A DNA stretch of 60,000 nucleotides from Lytechinus pictus (taxonomy: Eukaryota): NCBI RefSeq assembly GCF_037042905.1, contig NC_087245.1, positions 30,878,001 to 30,938,000 on the forward strand, in the 5' to 3' direction. Numbering within the stretch: the stretch's first letter is position 1; every line of letters begins with the position of its first letter. The translations under genes were made by a program, and so were the position numbers. This document shows positions 36,986 through 50,894 of this stretch, piece after piece. The notes beneath the pieces are model-generated. The model saw only the letters and a list, made by a program, of their open reading frames with translations, was not told where the DNA came from and ran no database searches.

Positions 36986-38452
36986 CACTGGCGTAAATCC
37001 GTGTTGATGGGTGGGGGGGATGACTGAAATATTTTGGCATTTTGCAATCATGTTTTTAGATATGCAAGGAATTGTCATTGATATGTCCACAGTGGCGACC
37101 GTGGGTCACGGCATTGGGGGGGGGGGCACCAGCAAAATTTTTGAAAGACTGAGTGAGTGACCTAATAGAGACATTTTAAGGACAATGTCATTAAACGGAT
37201 ATGCATCTCACTGATCAAATAATGCGAGCGCGAAGCGCGGGCTGAATTTTTTTAATATTCACACCTAAAAAGGGACATTATAATCAAATGTGTGTAATCA
37301 TGACAGGTACCTGTCTCGCTTAACAATGCGAGCGCGAAGCGCGAGCTGAAAACTTAGATAATTCAGACCTGAAGTGGGGCATTCTAAGGTTTCTTTGTAG
37401 GAATTAACTAGGACCATACGTATTTCATTAACCAAATGATGCGAGCGCGAAGCGCGAGCTGAAAATTTTTGATATTCAGATCAGAAAAAGGGACATTTTA
37501 AGGACTGATTTTAGGAATTCATGAAGAGCAGACATATCTCACCAATCCACTAATGCGAACGTAATCACGGACAGGAAATGTTTCATATATACGAAGACCT
37601 TAACATGGGGCAATCACTTTTGAGTCATGAAAAAAAAGCATATGTCACTACATAAAACAATGATAACTCAAGTGCTAGGAAATATATTTGGTTTATATTG
37701 ACTTGAAAACGGGATGTTTTAGTACAACAGGATTATATATCTGACAATTAAACAGACAATGCGAGCACCAGGAAAAATGAAGACGTAGGCCCTGGGCAAA
37801 TTATGTTTCATAAAGTTATGATAAAAATGTTTCTTATGTAATGTTAATTAACATAGTTATAATATAATATAACATTCTAATGAATAATATTTTCTTCTTT
37901 CCCACTACGTTTCTCTTCCTTTCTCCCTCTTTTCTCCTTTTCCCCCTTTCCCCGGTTTTTTTTTTTGGTCAGCCGATGGGGGGGGGGATGTGCCCCCCCC
38001 CCATGTCCCCCGTAGTTACGCCACTGTATGTCCATATGGCAAATACCCTCCATTATTATTATCTTTTTTACCCCATGATGGTTTAATGGTTTTATTAGAG
38101 ATTACATTCAACAAATGTTGACATTCCATCTTAATCCCTTCCCAAAGACCCCAACATTGATGAATTGGAAGAAACGGGGGTTTCTCTTCAATGTTATAAT
38201 AAGGACATAAGTATTTCGTTTGGAAATGGTGAACTGGCTCTTTATTTGCATTTTATGATTCAATAATATTATTTTATTTGTTAAGCGGTATTTTTGGAAG
38301 AATTTTCACCAATAAAACAATTCTCTTGTGATTTTTTTTTCATTTCTTTCGTAAAAAGTGGGGGGGGGGATGATTGTACAGGCCATCCCCCCTCCTCGAA
38401 AAGTGGGGGGGGATATATCCCCCCCATCCCCCCCCCGGGATTTACGCCAGTG
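36986..38452. mobile_element. hAT-like MITE (outer element of a nest)
   Basis: TIR CACTGGCGTAAATCC / GGATTTACGCCAGTG. 8-bp TSD TTTCTTAG (36978-36985, 38453-38460). Confidence 0.85.
37090..38026. mobile_element. hAT-like MITE nested in the previous element
   Basis: CAGTGGCG ... CGCCACTG termini. 8-bp TSD TATGTCCA (37082-37089, 38027-38034). Internal repeats of ATGCGAGCGCGAAGCGCGAGCTG. Confidence 0.85.
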
Positions 38453-40011
38453 TTTCTTAGGAACTAAATCAACACCGATGGAATTCTGGTGGGTATCGTT
38501 TACCACAAGAAAGGGTCACAGTCATTCAAAAAGTCGCTCGTATGAAGTTTATCCGGGGAACCAAGCAAAGAGGAGAAAGAAATAGGGGGCAGGTCGAGGG
38601 AGCTGAGCAATAGAACTGCGAATTGAGTAATTTAAGGTACATATCACTTCCATGCATGAAAATACCAGTCCTGCATACCTGAAATTAAATTAGAGTTTTC
38701 TGTGGGTTAATGAAGACGGGAATATGAACTACAAATGTTTATGGCAGCATCCACGAAAGTAGAAGGAAGAGTAGCGAACGAGCAAGACTTTGGGGATTAT
38801 TTTTTTACAATCGGAACCTATTTTGAAACATACTGTACGTTTTTAAACACAACGCAGCTTCAGTCATCCGCCCAGGGTGGACTCAAACCCGCGACCTTTG
38901 TTTCGACAGACACATACTTTACCGACTGAGCTTACTCGCTCCCTCTTGTGCGAGGGAGGGGGTTGGGAACGGCTGGGGACTGGCAACCGAACGAGAAAAC
39001 GAATATTTTTCAGTAATGAAATAATGAAGCACTTAAACACCCTTATATTTTACTTTTATTCGAAGGGAGGGGTAAGGATATTGATACAAGGTAGATTGCT
39101 TGTTTTTCTCCCTCCCCTTTTTATCCGCCTGTACCCCCTAGCCACACCAGTGATTAAAAATTATATTAACTATTGATACGGCGCTATTATACTTCTGAAA
39201 GTAAATCATACTTCTCTCCTATAGTTTCTTAAAAAAAGTGACAAGGTGATGTAATAGAATGAAACAGTATTCCAAGATATAGCCTAATGAATAGTTGTTG
39301 TTTTTTCAACCGAGAAACAACAACAAAGTCAGCATGTCCAACATGTCCTATAGCTAATAAGTAAACTCCTAAGACAATGCTCTTTGTCGATTTTTGTTTT
39401 ACCTGCAGCGTAATTGACATTGAACACGGTACAATATATAGGTTAAAACTACTGCAACTTATACAAGGAACATGAATAAAAAAATATTCAAACAGTGACA
39501 CAGACTCTTATTATTAAAAGACACTCGTCATGTTGGTAGTGATTTTAAGCTTTTTTAAAAATTTTAGTTTGAACTGCTATTTTCCTTCCATTGTGAAAAA
39601 AAATGATAGAAATTTCCGAAACAAAAAATATAACACAATCAATCAAAGATCACAGCATTTTTCTAAAGGGTGCTGAGTGTGGACTACCATGTCGGAAGTA
39701 TACATTTCTATATAGCACATTATGCATCATGGATCGAAGATGGGTATGAAATATTCCATGTTAGATCGTAAAAATTCGAATTGTAAAAATCTATACAACG
39801 CCGTTTATATTTTGTAAACCAAATGTACCAAGGGCAGGCGATATCACAGTAGGCTAGGCCTACATTCATAGAAAGGGCGGTTCAAGACTTGATTCCAACT
39901 TTGTAATCAGTTGTGGAACACAAATGAAGAAAATACATCGTGTAAATATCTTCAAAATAACTCGAAATTTCGATTTGATTCCTTGAAATAATATCAAATG
40001 ATTTAAATCAG

Positions 40012-40162
40012 GGGCACGTTTCATAGAGTTACAACTGTTGTAACTTGGCCATTATGGCAACTACCATGACAACCTTGATGCTGATTGAGCCCTGTTACCA
40101 TATATGGTAGTTGCCCTAATGGCAAAGTTATGACAGTTGCAAGTCCTTTAAGAAACGGGCCC
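40012..40162. mobile_element. PIF/Harbinger-like palindromic MITE
   Basis: GGGCACGTTTCATA ... TAAGAAACGGGCCC, 3-bp TSD CAG. Same family as 56739-56895. Confidence 0.75.
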
Positions 40163-40222
40163 CAGGTGAAAAGAGAATAGATAACTGCACGTAAATCGCT
40201 GAATCGCCAAATGTAACCAAAA

Positions 40223-40357
40223 TCACAATTTGTCATATTCGGTTTGCTTGGCCCAGTTCTGCTCTTTTCCACTTCCCAATACCATTAATGTCAAACATGC
40301 CAGCAAATTGATTCCAAAGCAGGAAAGAAAGACTGTTTGCCAACCCGAAATGTCAGA
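40223..40357 (-). other. Duplicated copy of gene B terminal coding exon (intact, 135 nt)
   Basis: Encodes SDISGWQTVFLSCFGINLLACLTLMVLGSGKEQNWAKQTEYDKL*, preceded by a polypyrimidine tract and TTCAAG acceptor. Part of a tandem duplication with a 504-bp offset. Confidence 0.85.
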
Positions 40358-40726
40358 CTTGAAAGAACAAAAGAGAATGAGTTATAGTTACCTTAAACGA
40401 ATGATTCAACATGCCAGAAAAATATCTTCATAAAATTATAAAATCTTCATCAAAAGTACCACTATTTCATTTTCTTTATTCCAAAACTCTCTTCTCAATC
40501 CTTTATGAGCAAATGATCTATAATAGAAGAATATCAACTCGTTAGTAAAAATTATTATTAAAATGTTTACCTGTTTTAATAATAATAATATCATTATTAT
40601 ATTTATTAAGCGCATAACAATTAAGACTGGCTAATTTCTTTTTGATAATATCAATTGATTTACACGAGATGATAAGAGAATCTGTGACTGCACGGAAAAT
40701 CGCTGAATCCCTAAATGTAACCAAAA

Positions 40727-43700
40727 TCACAATTTGTCATATTCGGTTTGTTTGGCCCAGTTCTGCTCTTTTCCACTTCCCAATACCATGAATATCAAAC
40801 ATGCCAGCAAATTGATTCCGAAGCAGGAAAGAAAGACCGTTTGCCAACCCGAAATGTCAGACTGAAAGAACAAAAGAGAATGAGCTTTATTTACCTTTAA
40901 ACGAATGATTCAACAAGCCAGAAAAATATCTTCATCAAATTATATATCTTCAACAAAAGTACCACTTTCTCATCTGATTATTTTCGTTATTCCAGAACTC
41001 TAACAGAAAGAATATCAACTCGTTAGTAAAAAATTGATAATCAAATACTAAGCCGTTTTCAAATACTCTTTTGAGGGCCTTACTAGTCAGGTCAGAGATT
41101 TAGTGATTTTTGTATGTTTGTTTTGGATACTTATAAAAACTATACATGTATGATATAAATGAAATATCTCCCATAGTTTTAGATGAACTCTACGACCTCG
41201 ATATCTCGGGAAATCATTGTCAGTCAGTCACAGAAAGAGAAAAATTCAGCAGCCTAACACCTCTATTCTATACAGGTGTATACATAGGTCAACAACCTAC
41301 TTTCATTGGTTCGTTGTTTTTTTTCTAGAAAGAAAAACTGTGTTCAAAACCCGTCTAAATAAATAGGAAAATACCCTGTCCAAAGCTTACGTTCTTTTAA
41401 ACCCTTCGCGTTGTATCGGACGATTTGATATAAACGAGTATCGTGCAATTGCTCAGAAAAGTAATATGGAGACTTAAAGATCAGGAAATACATTTTTTTC
41501 CAGAATACTTCTCAATGTACCAATTACCAGTTTCATTAAATCCAAAATAAAGAAGATAACCATTTACCCACCTGGTTAGGAGTAAGAGCTCCAACAACAA
41601 TCGGACTTAGTCCTCCAGAAAGTGCTGATGCAGAATTGACCAAACCAATCAGACTTCCTGCGAGTCTCGGAGCTATGTCCATCAGGTTTACGTAGTAGCC
41701 GGAACTGCAGACCCCATTGAAGCCACATGCGCCTATCATGAACAGAACGGAGAGGGCGGTGTTGCAACCGACGAACGCAAGGAGAAGGTAAAATATTGCT
41801 GAAATTGTCAGTCCTGTCGTATGAATCATAGTTAGGAATTGATTATAATATACAAATGAAATCAATATAATAATTGAATAGCATGGGATCTGGTTTTTCA
41901 GTACTGCCCACACGATCAGTACGTGTTCGAACAAATCTAGACAAGTTCTACTCCCATCCATTAGTGTCAGTATATAAATGAGAGTTCCCTTATAGGTCGT
42001 TAGAGCAATCTATCTAATATAATGTTCACTTTACTTTAATTCATCATTCATAAGTAAATCTATCCAACCATCTAAATATTGTCGATATTCAATAATCTGT
42101 TAACTCACTTGCCACAGGCGTTCATAGGCTACACCACAAAGACCATACACAGCTTGAAACATGATGGTGGCATTACTGTTGAATCTTATATTAAAAATAA
42201 TTCTCAAATCTGACAAAATTGATGCACGCGGCGATTTGGTTAAGGGCCGAATTATGGGTTTTCCTCAATTACTCACCGATAAAGGTTACCAATTTTCTTG
42301 TAGCTCCTGTACTCAAGATCTCCTTACTTATCAGCTTGTTGCTGATTACGCCACCCAGTACCAAAAACGAGAACTCGACAAGAAAGGGGATGGCAGCAGT
42401 TATACCAATCTGACATCATAGGCGATGATGATGATGACATCAAGAAAGAATAAATGTACGAGAAAAAATAGGTTACCCTAGCATTTGGTTTATTTTCCCA
42501 TGATAATTTATTATAATTTATTTGATAAGGGTATCGCTTTACTGTGTGCCTCGCACAGTCTCAACCAAAGATGGTCAAGCCTTCTTGTAATAACTGATCA
42601 AATTGGGTAACTCCATACCCTATATGGCTATGCAGTTGTTTTCACGTGGTTTCTTCGCAAACTTTAGAATTTGTAAAGATTGTAGCTTTTATCAGCTTAA
42701 ACGACTCATTTCATTAAAAAATCGATCATTGTTTAGAAAAAAAAATTAGACTTGAAGTCGACGAATAATCAATGATTACTGGCAACAAACCGACTATTAA
42801 AAAGGTGTCGATAACGTAACTGCCAATTCATTGGCGTATACCCCCTGCTTTTATAGCTTCAGCTGCATTGTGTTTTCAAGGAATCATCCTGCTTGGCACC
42901 CACTCACCCCACCGGGTTGAGAGCAGCACAATGTGGATCAAATTCCTGCTGAGGGAAATTATTTCATGGCTGGCCGGGATTCGAACTCCCGACTCTGTAT
43001 CACCGCCGATAGTCAGAGCCACCACACCACAACGCTCTACGTATTTCAACATAATGTAACTATGTTGTAACATACCAGTTCAATATCCATTCCTTGAACG
43101 TGCTTGAGGTAGATGGGTTGATTTGTGAAGAGCAACTGATTTGTCCACGACGCACCGAAAGATGTCATGATAATGGCCCAAACGGGAATAGATGTGAACA
43201 TAGCAACAAAGGGTATGGATATCTTCTCCGTCTGTGAAATGGAAAGTGTAAAGCCCTTAATAATTAAAGAGACACAAGAATTCCAATAATTGAATTCAAA
43301 CTCGCATTTCTATGGCAAGCTGCTGCCTGGGATAGACAATAATATACAAATAAATTATATAAATGACATGGTTTTCGTAATGTCGTTACTGCAACTGCAT
43401 GCTACTCTGCAGGCGCAGACCCTGATTGGAACTTTGATCAACAAGACAGTGTGCCTCCACGCAAAGACTAGCACATACAAAAAGAGGGCCTTCAGTACAC
43501 AAGGCATGAGTAGGCTGCATATTCAGACCCTTAACTCGAGTGAAGGGTTTGCCCAGCAGACTAACTGCATGCCGCCATGAAATGTTCTGCAGGAGATTCT
43601 CTCTGCATGCATGAGGATATCAGAGATTAAGATTGACACGCTTCAGAATGGCTTATCAGTAGTCGATTTATAGTCGGTTCTGCCACTGGCGGATTCCTTT

Positions 43701-46700
43701 GGAGAGGCACAATTAAAATTTGTCACGTAAAAATGCCGTTGAAACAGAAGTGTGCCCCCTTTTGAAAGTCAAGGCCTTTTTTTTTGCTTGTAATTTTTTT
43801 TTCGTGGATACCGGATCTGCCCCTGGGTTCTGCTACTGTGACTACAGCATATTAACGAAATATATCGATGAGGATCAACGCACGTTATCGTCATGGTAAA
43901 ACTATAAATTTGGCCCTTATTGCACAAAGCTTGTAAAACAGATAAATTTGCAATTAATGACAGCGTCCATTAAAAAAAATCGGTTCAATTGTATATTAAG
44001 GTTATAAGGGTCGCATCATTTACCATTGGTAGCTATCTCGTAATCTCATCACCGTAGTTACTTGCTTTCACAATATATTGGACTTATTGTCTGATTTTTA
44101 CCTTCTCCGTGATAACTGTTGTTGAAAGATACTCCTTTTCTTGAGCTGATATCCTTGGATGGCGACCAGGGGTCTCGTAGATACGGAGAATCCATACCAA
44201 AACTAGCAAAAGCGTAAATCCACCTTATACACATAAAAGGAATATTAAAGATTTCAACAATATAGAACACTTCTAACAAAACAGCATTTTCAAGCCAAAA
44301 CTTTACGGTGACAGTATAAATAGAAAATGGTAATTTTACTTTATTGACAGCTACTTAATTTAATTTAAGATAGAAAATATTCTTATTTGAGATAAAGATT
44401 ATCACAAATTTTTCCTTGACCACATGGCGCATTGGATATAAATACAACGGCATATCAGAGCCATGGATTCTCCTATGCATTCTGAGAAAAAGGCGATGAC
44501 TTGGATTCCTTGCAGATCGAGATGCCAACTCTTGAAGTTCTTGGTTTGGATGACACTCTTATTTTTTTCTTAATTGTGCTTATTGAATAATTACTACCCT
44601 TTCGGGGGTGAATCGTAGAAAAAACATACTAATCATTGTTTCTAATTTCCCTTTCACTTTGGGCACGTTCACATTGATTACTAGTTCACGGCTTACCAAA
44701 AGTATAATACGTCAACGGCCATCCACCAAGCAAATCTGAACTGGATATAAGACCGGACAGTACAGTCCCGATGAATGCCCCAAATTTTCCACCTACGTGA
44801 CAGATAACATGCAAAACAAATTGCATTTTCACTTCACATTTTACACGTTAGAAGAAAAATAAATTCAAGGATGGGAGAAAATAATGCCTCGTTTGCATTC
44901 GTGTCTCAACAGCATTTCTGGTATTTTTTTAGACTAGAAATATTATTATAACTGCGGCAAGCCAGCTGTCTACCACCAATTAATGCATTTAAAGACAGTG
45001 TTTGGATAATCTGCCAGTATTGAATGCCAGACTCAATCAATGTATATGAGGGTGTATGAGTGTGTGTTAGGGAGTGCGTGTAATCGCCAACAACCGTGGA
45101 CCTCAGTATAGGCCTATCACAGATCACTATCAAACTGGGGACATTTGGAAAAGCAAGGGTCCTCGTTTATTACCCTCTAAACGGCTGCAAGTCTAAATCT
45201 AATTAAATGTTCATTGGAATAACTTTTTACGCGCCACTGCGAACGTGCCAGCTTACCTGTAAATAGTCATACGCACACACAAACGTGATGGTGTGGTGTG
45301 TGTCCCCGCTTTCATTCGTTAGTATAGAGTCTTGCATTGTTTTTACCATCCATCTTTAACAATTATTCGCAAGACGTTGTGTGTGGTAGTTATGGCGGGT
45401 GTGTATGACCATTTTAGAGCTCTCATTTCTTTATGAGTTGTTTTGGACCACTGACGTCTTACCATTTTGTCTTAAAACATTAATACTTACTCGATATTGC
45501 AATTGAAAAAGCTGCCGAGAAGTCTTTCGGAGGAAACCAACGTGCTACCATTGATCCCAACGCCGGGTAAGTACCTGCCTGAGGTCAAATGAAACCAATA
45601 ACCAACAAAGATGTGTATATTCCTTACAAAGTCTGTAGTTTTGAATATGAAGCAGTAATGTTTCCTTTACGCGTGCTTCTGATGATCGGAGACGAAAACG
45701 TATCCGTTAATCCTATGTTGGTTCTGGGATATGTGTGCGCGCGTGTGTGGGTGTGTATGAGTGTGCAAATCGTCCACTTGATAGTAATCGACTTAAAACA
45801 GATACTGCCGAAAATGCATACATGTATTTTCATATTCTGATTACATGTGTCTTGTTTCAGGTTTTTGTGATACGAGAAATGGCCGGTGTTTGTCAAAGAT
45901 GTGTCCATGTGGGGAAAGTGAGGGTGTGTGTGCACTGTGTGTGTGTGTGTGTGTGTGTTAGGATGATTCGACTTTTAGTAATACAATACACTACCCCGTG
46001 GATTATGGCTGATTTAGTCTGACCTGGGCAGGTTAATCACTGTTGTATACTAAATTCTTTCATTCCCTCATTAGACTCTGTAACGGGAACAGGACTGACC
46101 AAGCTGCTTTAATCAGGGTTACCCTTATTTTCAATTGGAAATCAATCAAAATCGAACTTTTTTCATGACCATCATTAGTACACACTGATTTTTCGACAAA
46201 GAGAATAGTTACCTCACCGATACCACACAAGACCCTGACAGCGAGAAAGTACGAAGAGCCGAGTTCGGCTGCAATCGGGCTGAACAGACTAACGGCTGCC
46301 GAAAGGAACATGGATATTCCGAAGACCCGAGTGCCTCCGATCTTATCCGTCAGCCAGCCACTGGGTATCTGTGCGACGGTGTAGCCATAGAAAAAACCTG
46401 CGAGAACAAGCTCTTGTTCGTGACTAGACCATAAGAACTCCCCTCCTTCCTATAGATAGGCAAGAAAGAAGAAAATATTATGGAATATTATCCATCCTTT
46501 TTTTTTATTTCCACATACCCACCCCCCCCCCCGCCCCCGTTTAACCGCAAGCCAAAGATGGCATAATAAAAAAAATCTTTCCCATGTTCTCAGGCTAGAC
46601 ATTTTTGGGAGTTCGCTTGTTATCGACACCCTTGAAAGTGGTCAAGAAGAGGAAAAAGGGCTGGACTAGTCTGGGATGGCTGGTTGTATTATTTAGGTCT

Positions 46701-47755
46701 GCATCAACTTTTAACAAATTAAAAGTTCTAGAGCAATTTTCCGGACTCAGAGGCATATTTAACTCATGTCCATGCAAATGTCTATAGAGAAATTGTATTA
46801 ATTTTAACACTTTCACATTATTTATTTTAAAATGAAGCACGAACGTGATCGGATAAGTTTATCCCTTCAAGAAAGTCTTCGTTTTACTACATTTATACAT
46901 ATTTTGAATCTGCTTTTAACGAACCAGAACGCAATGAGAGCTAATTTTATATAACCCGATGCAGCATAATAAGATTACTTTCAATATTCTGAATTCTATG
47001 GGAACGTGCCTGCCCATATTCATCTTCATGTGTAGTGTTTGGTGACCAGCACGTTTCCACTGTGTGATTCTGCCCCTCTGGTTGAGTTGTAAAAGTGGCG
47101 TTCGTCATCACTGCAATGGTAACACTGACATTGGCGCGCATTGCAAACATCATACAAGAGCCAAAGAAAGCAAGGAAGAGTAGCTCGAAACGTTTTGGGA
47201 AATAGCATCTGCCTGAAAAAAAATTAATAAAATCTTAAACAAAATTTACAGTAATGAATATAATATTTGACTATTCAGACTAGCATTATGTACATTTGTT
47301 TGGGTTTTTTCATACACTCTCTTGTGTCTTGTGTTTAAAAACAGACTATGTTTTGCTACTTCAGATACTTTATAATTATCCTTGATATTAACATATGTGT
47401 TTTAGGTTTACCATAGATAGAAGCTCCGTGGTTCCGTTTTGAAATGATTTAATTAGAATGGGGGGGGGGGGGGCATTGCTATAATCACACGTAAGAATGG
47501 TAGAAGCTTGTAGCAATTGTGTGTTAGAACCCACTGACCAAAATGTTAATGACCCCCCCCCCCCAAGTTTGAGAATGTACCTTCTCCTTTTCCTTGTTTT
47601 TTCTTGTCGGCCAACAACGGGTTCTTTTCTCCGAGCTCTATACTCCGTTCATGGTCATCATCGTCGAGATCATTCCTCGCCAGTGATGCTTTGTCATTGT
47701 ACCCGTGATCGGATCGACGATTGACGTCCTCGTGATTTGGATCTGGTGATACCAT
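40727..47755 (-). CDS. SLC17/sialin-like MFS anion transporter, paralog B (10 coding exons, 528 aa)
   Basis: Exons (minus strand) 47755-47581, 47212-47010, 46449-46213, 45578-45491, 44792-44697, 44223-44102, 43231-43076, 42409-42277, 41813-41572, 40861-40727. Lengths 175/203/237/88/96/122/156/133/242/135 mirror gene A and total 1587 nt. Intron 2 donor is GC. EKNPLL dileucine motif. Confidence 0.88.
42835..43036 (-). mobile_element. tRNA-derived SINE fragment in gene B intron 7
   Basis: Minus-strand GTTGTGGTGTGGTGG ... GAGTTCGAATCCCGGCC, with the same body as the other SINEs. Confidence 0.6.
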
Positions 47756-50059
47756 CTTTCTACAAGCGTTACGCTTCCCCCTGTTCAATGGACGGGTCTC
47801 GAAACGTGACGACAACGGTCTCAAACTATGATATATACTGAATTTTGAATTAATAAATCACCGCCATACGTTGATAAAAAAATGAAATAATAATATCTGG
47901 CCAAGATTTTGTAGCAACACATAATTATCAGTGATTGTATTTCATCTGTTAATCTGTCCATTAATTTTGATAAAATCAATATGATTATCATTGTTGTTGA
48001 TATGTTATACATCAATATACTGTATCATCTACACTACTATTTATCATTCATTATTATCATATAATTATTCATCATTGCTAATTATATTTATTATCAATTT
48101 GATGTCATCACTATCATTATTATTGCCTTTGTTATGATACAATAATAGTTATCAATGTCATTAGTGTCAATACCATTGTTATTATCATTTTAATTCTAAT
48201 TTCAGTAATCATTAAAATGTCAATCAATATCATCCCTGTCATTTTTGTAGTTGACATTGTTTGGAAGAGTATTTTTCACACTAATTCATGCTAATTTAAA
48301 ATGTTGATTATGGAGCAATGCAACTGAAAGGATCATGACCATGGTGATGGATTTCAATATACAACGCAGCAAAATACTACTGCTACCATAAATTTCCTGA
48401 CTTATCGATTTGTTTCTGATTTTAACCTTCTAAGCCAAGTGATAAAAACTATCAACATGATAAATAATATCATTTCATTTCTTACCAAGTAATAGGTGTC
48501 GTTAAATTGTTTCCAGGCTATTTTCTCCTTTGCCATATCCCGAAGTATTTCTGGAGAAATGTCGATTTTGCAAATAGTATGAATTTGTTCAAAAGATTCA
48601 TCCATTTCTTGAGCAGATGGACAATGAGTTGAACCCGTTATGAAATGTGTAATTTGGTAAGAAGCGTTTTAATAGCTATCCCGACGTTTATTGCGATTGT
48701 TGGCAAATATGTACAGTTCAAAGATTCATTTTCACGCTTGGAGTCTCTTGCCCGGTTAAGGAAACCGTAAATTGCCAAGTCACTGATGTGTTTCCTCATG
48801 TTTACTGACATGATTTATTACTATACTGTACAGCGTGTCCCAAATAAAATATCACTCTCCTAGAAAATGTAATCGTTTACAAAATCAATTTTTATACATA
48901 GTAAGTTCATATAGTTAGAAAGCTGAATGTATTTTATTTTGTTCCTGTAAAAAAATGTCAATGGTCTCGCTTTATAGGTTATTACGTTTTGATTTCTGTT
49001 TTTATTTTGCCATATCAGGGATATATTATTAAAACAATGGTCTTTTCGAAGTGACATTAATGCCGGTCACCATTCAACATAGTTTTATACTATCTCTGCG
49101 AGAAAAAAAGTGACACAAATGAAAATTAAAAAGAGAGCTTTTATTCTATTGAATTAAGGGATTTTTATCTTCTGTGATCTTTAAAGGTTTGAGGACATCA
49201 ACATTTGAACCTTTAAACTGAAGTGTCTTTAAGCCTTTCTACTTCCTGATTCTGGTAAAGATGTTTCGTGCTTATCAAGTCTAAAGTATAGTTTCACAAC
49301 ATTTTTGGACTTTTGTCTTTTAGGATGTGTAATAATGTACTATATAGTGCGCATAAAAAAAACGGGACAGATTTGAAGTCTATAAAATTTTTGTTTCAAA
49401 TTATGATCTCTATATTTTGGTGTCAATAGGTGCTCTGAAGAGTTATCCTTCAAATGCCATTAAAATAATTTAGTTTCGTTCATGCTTGAGAGAACACGCA
49501 ATGTTTTTGTCTGAGGTTAAAAAGGAGGCTTGCGCCAAAATGACATGAAATGATAAATATGATGGTCGGACTTCTTGCGAATAAGCTGACTTCCTCTTAA
49601 CCTTTTCATTATCTTTGCCATAATTTTCGAATTAGGCGGTCAAAATACATTTCCAAATTTACTTATTTGCTTGAATAGTTCTGTTGTTGTTCCTTTTTAA
49701 TATGTTATCTTTAGCTTTGAATATTCCTTCTTCAGGCAAGAACATTTTTTTAAACCGAAGTATGGGAGAGCGTGGTTTTTTTCAAATCCTTTCATTGTGT
49801 GCTACAAAGGTCATGGTGCCTTTGAACAGTGGCATACTGATGGGTGGGGGCTCGTGGTGCTCCCCCCCCCCCCCCCAATACAAAAAAATCATGACCAAGA
49901 AAAAAAAGTGGAAAGGAAAATAACAGAAAACATAGAAAGTGAAATATGATATTTTCTTAATATTATGTCAAAATTACAACATTTGATATTTTAATTAACA
50001 AGTGGAATGCCTCTGGCCGTCTCACCTGCATCACGCGATTCAATATAGCAGCAGTGCTG

Positions 50060-50880
50060 ATTTTGAAAACTACTATAACTCGCACAAGATGTTCAGTGAT
50101 ACTTGGTTACTCGTATTTCCACGTTTTATGAACTAGACCAATACACTTATAGAGATATGATGGCAATTCAACAAATACCCCCAACGTGGCCAAAGTTCTT
50201 TGACCTTACATGACCTTTGACCTTGATCATGTGACCTGAAACTCGCACAGGATGTTCAGTGATACTTGATTACTCTTATGTCCAAGTTTTATGAACTAGA
50301 CCAACACACTTTCAAATTTATGGCTGTAATTCAACAAATACCCCAATTTGGCCAAAGTTCATTGACCCTAAATGACCTTTGACCTTGATCATGTGACCTG
50401 AAACTTGCACAGGATGTTCAGTAATACTTGATTACTATTATGTCCAAGTTTCATGAATCAGATCCATAAACTTTCAAAGTTATGATGGTAATTCAACAGA
50501 TACCCCCAATTCGGCCAAAGTTCATTGACCCTAAATGACCTTTGACCTTGATCATGTGACGTGAAACTCATGCAGGATGTTCAGTGATACTTGATTAACT
50601 TTATGTATAAGTTTCATGAACTAGGTCCATATATTTTTTAAGTTATGATGACATTTCAAAAACTTAACCTTAGGTTAAGATTTTGATGTTGATTCCCCCA
50701 ACATGGTCTAAGTTCACTGACCCTAAATGACCTTTGACCTTGGTCATGTGACATGAAACTCAGGCAGGATGTTCAGTAATACTTGATTAACCTTATGGCC
50801 AAGTTTCATGAACTAGGTCCATATACTTTCTAAGTTATGCTGTCATTTCAAAAACTTAACCTCAGGTTAAGATTTGGTGT
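50060..50880. repeat. Tandem array of about 163-bp units (about 5 copies)
   Basis: GATGTTCAG anchor at 50088, 50251, 50413, 50576, 50768. Recurrent TGACCTTTGACCTTGATCATGTGAC and CCAAGTTTCATGAA. Confidence 0.9.
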
Positions 50881-50894
50881 TGACGCCGCCGCCG

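Noticed and set aside
50060..50880. CRISPR-like array
   Set aside because: Whole units are repeated with no unique spacers, there are no cas genes, and the context is eukaryotic. The dispersed GGTAAC motifs are also irregularly spaced.
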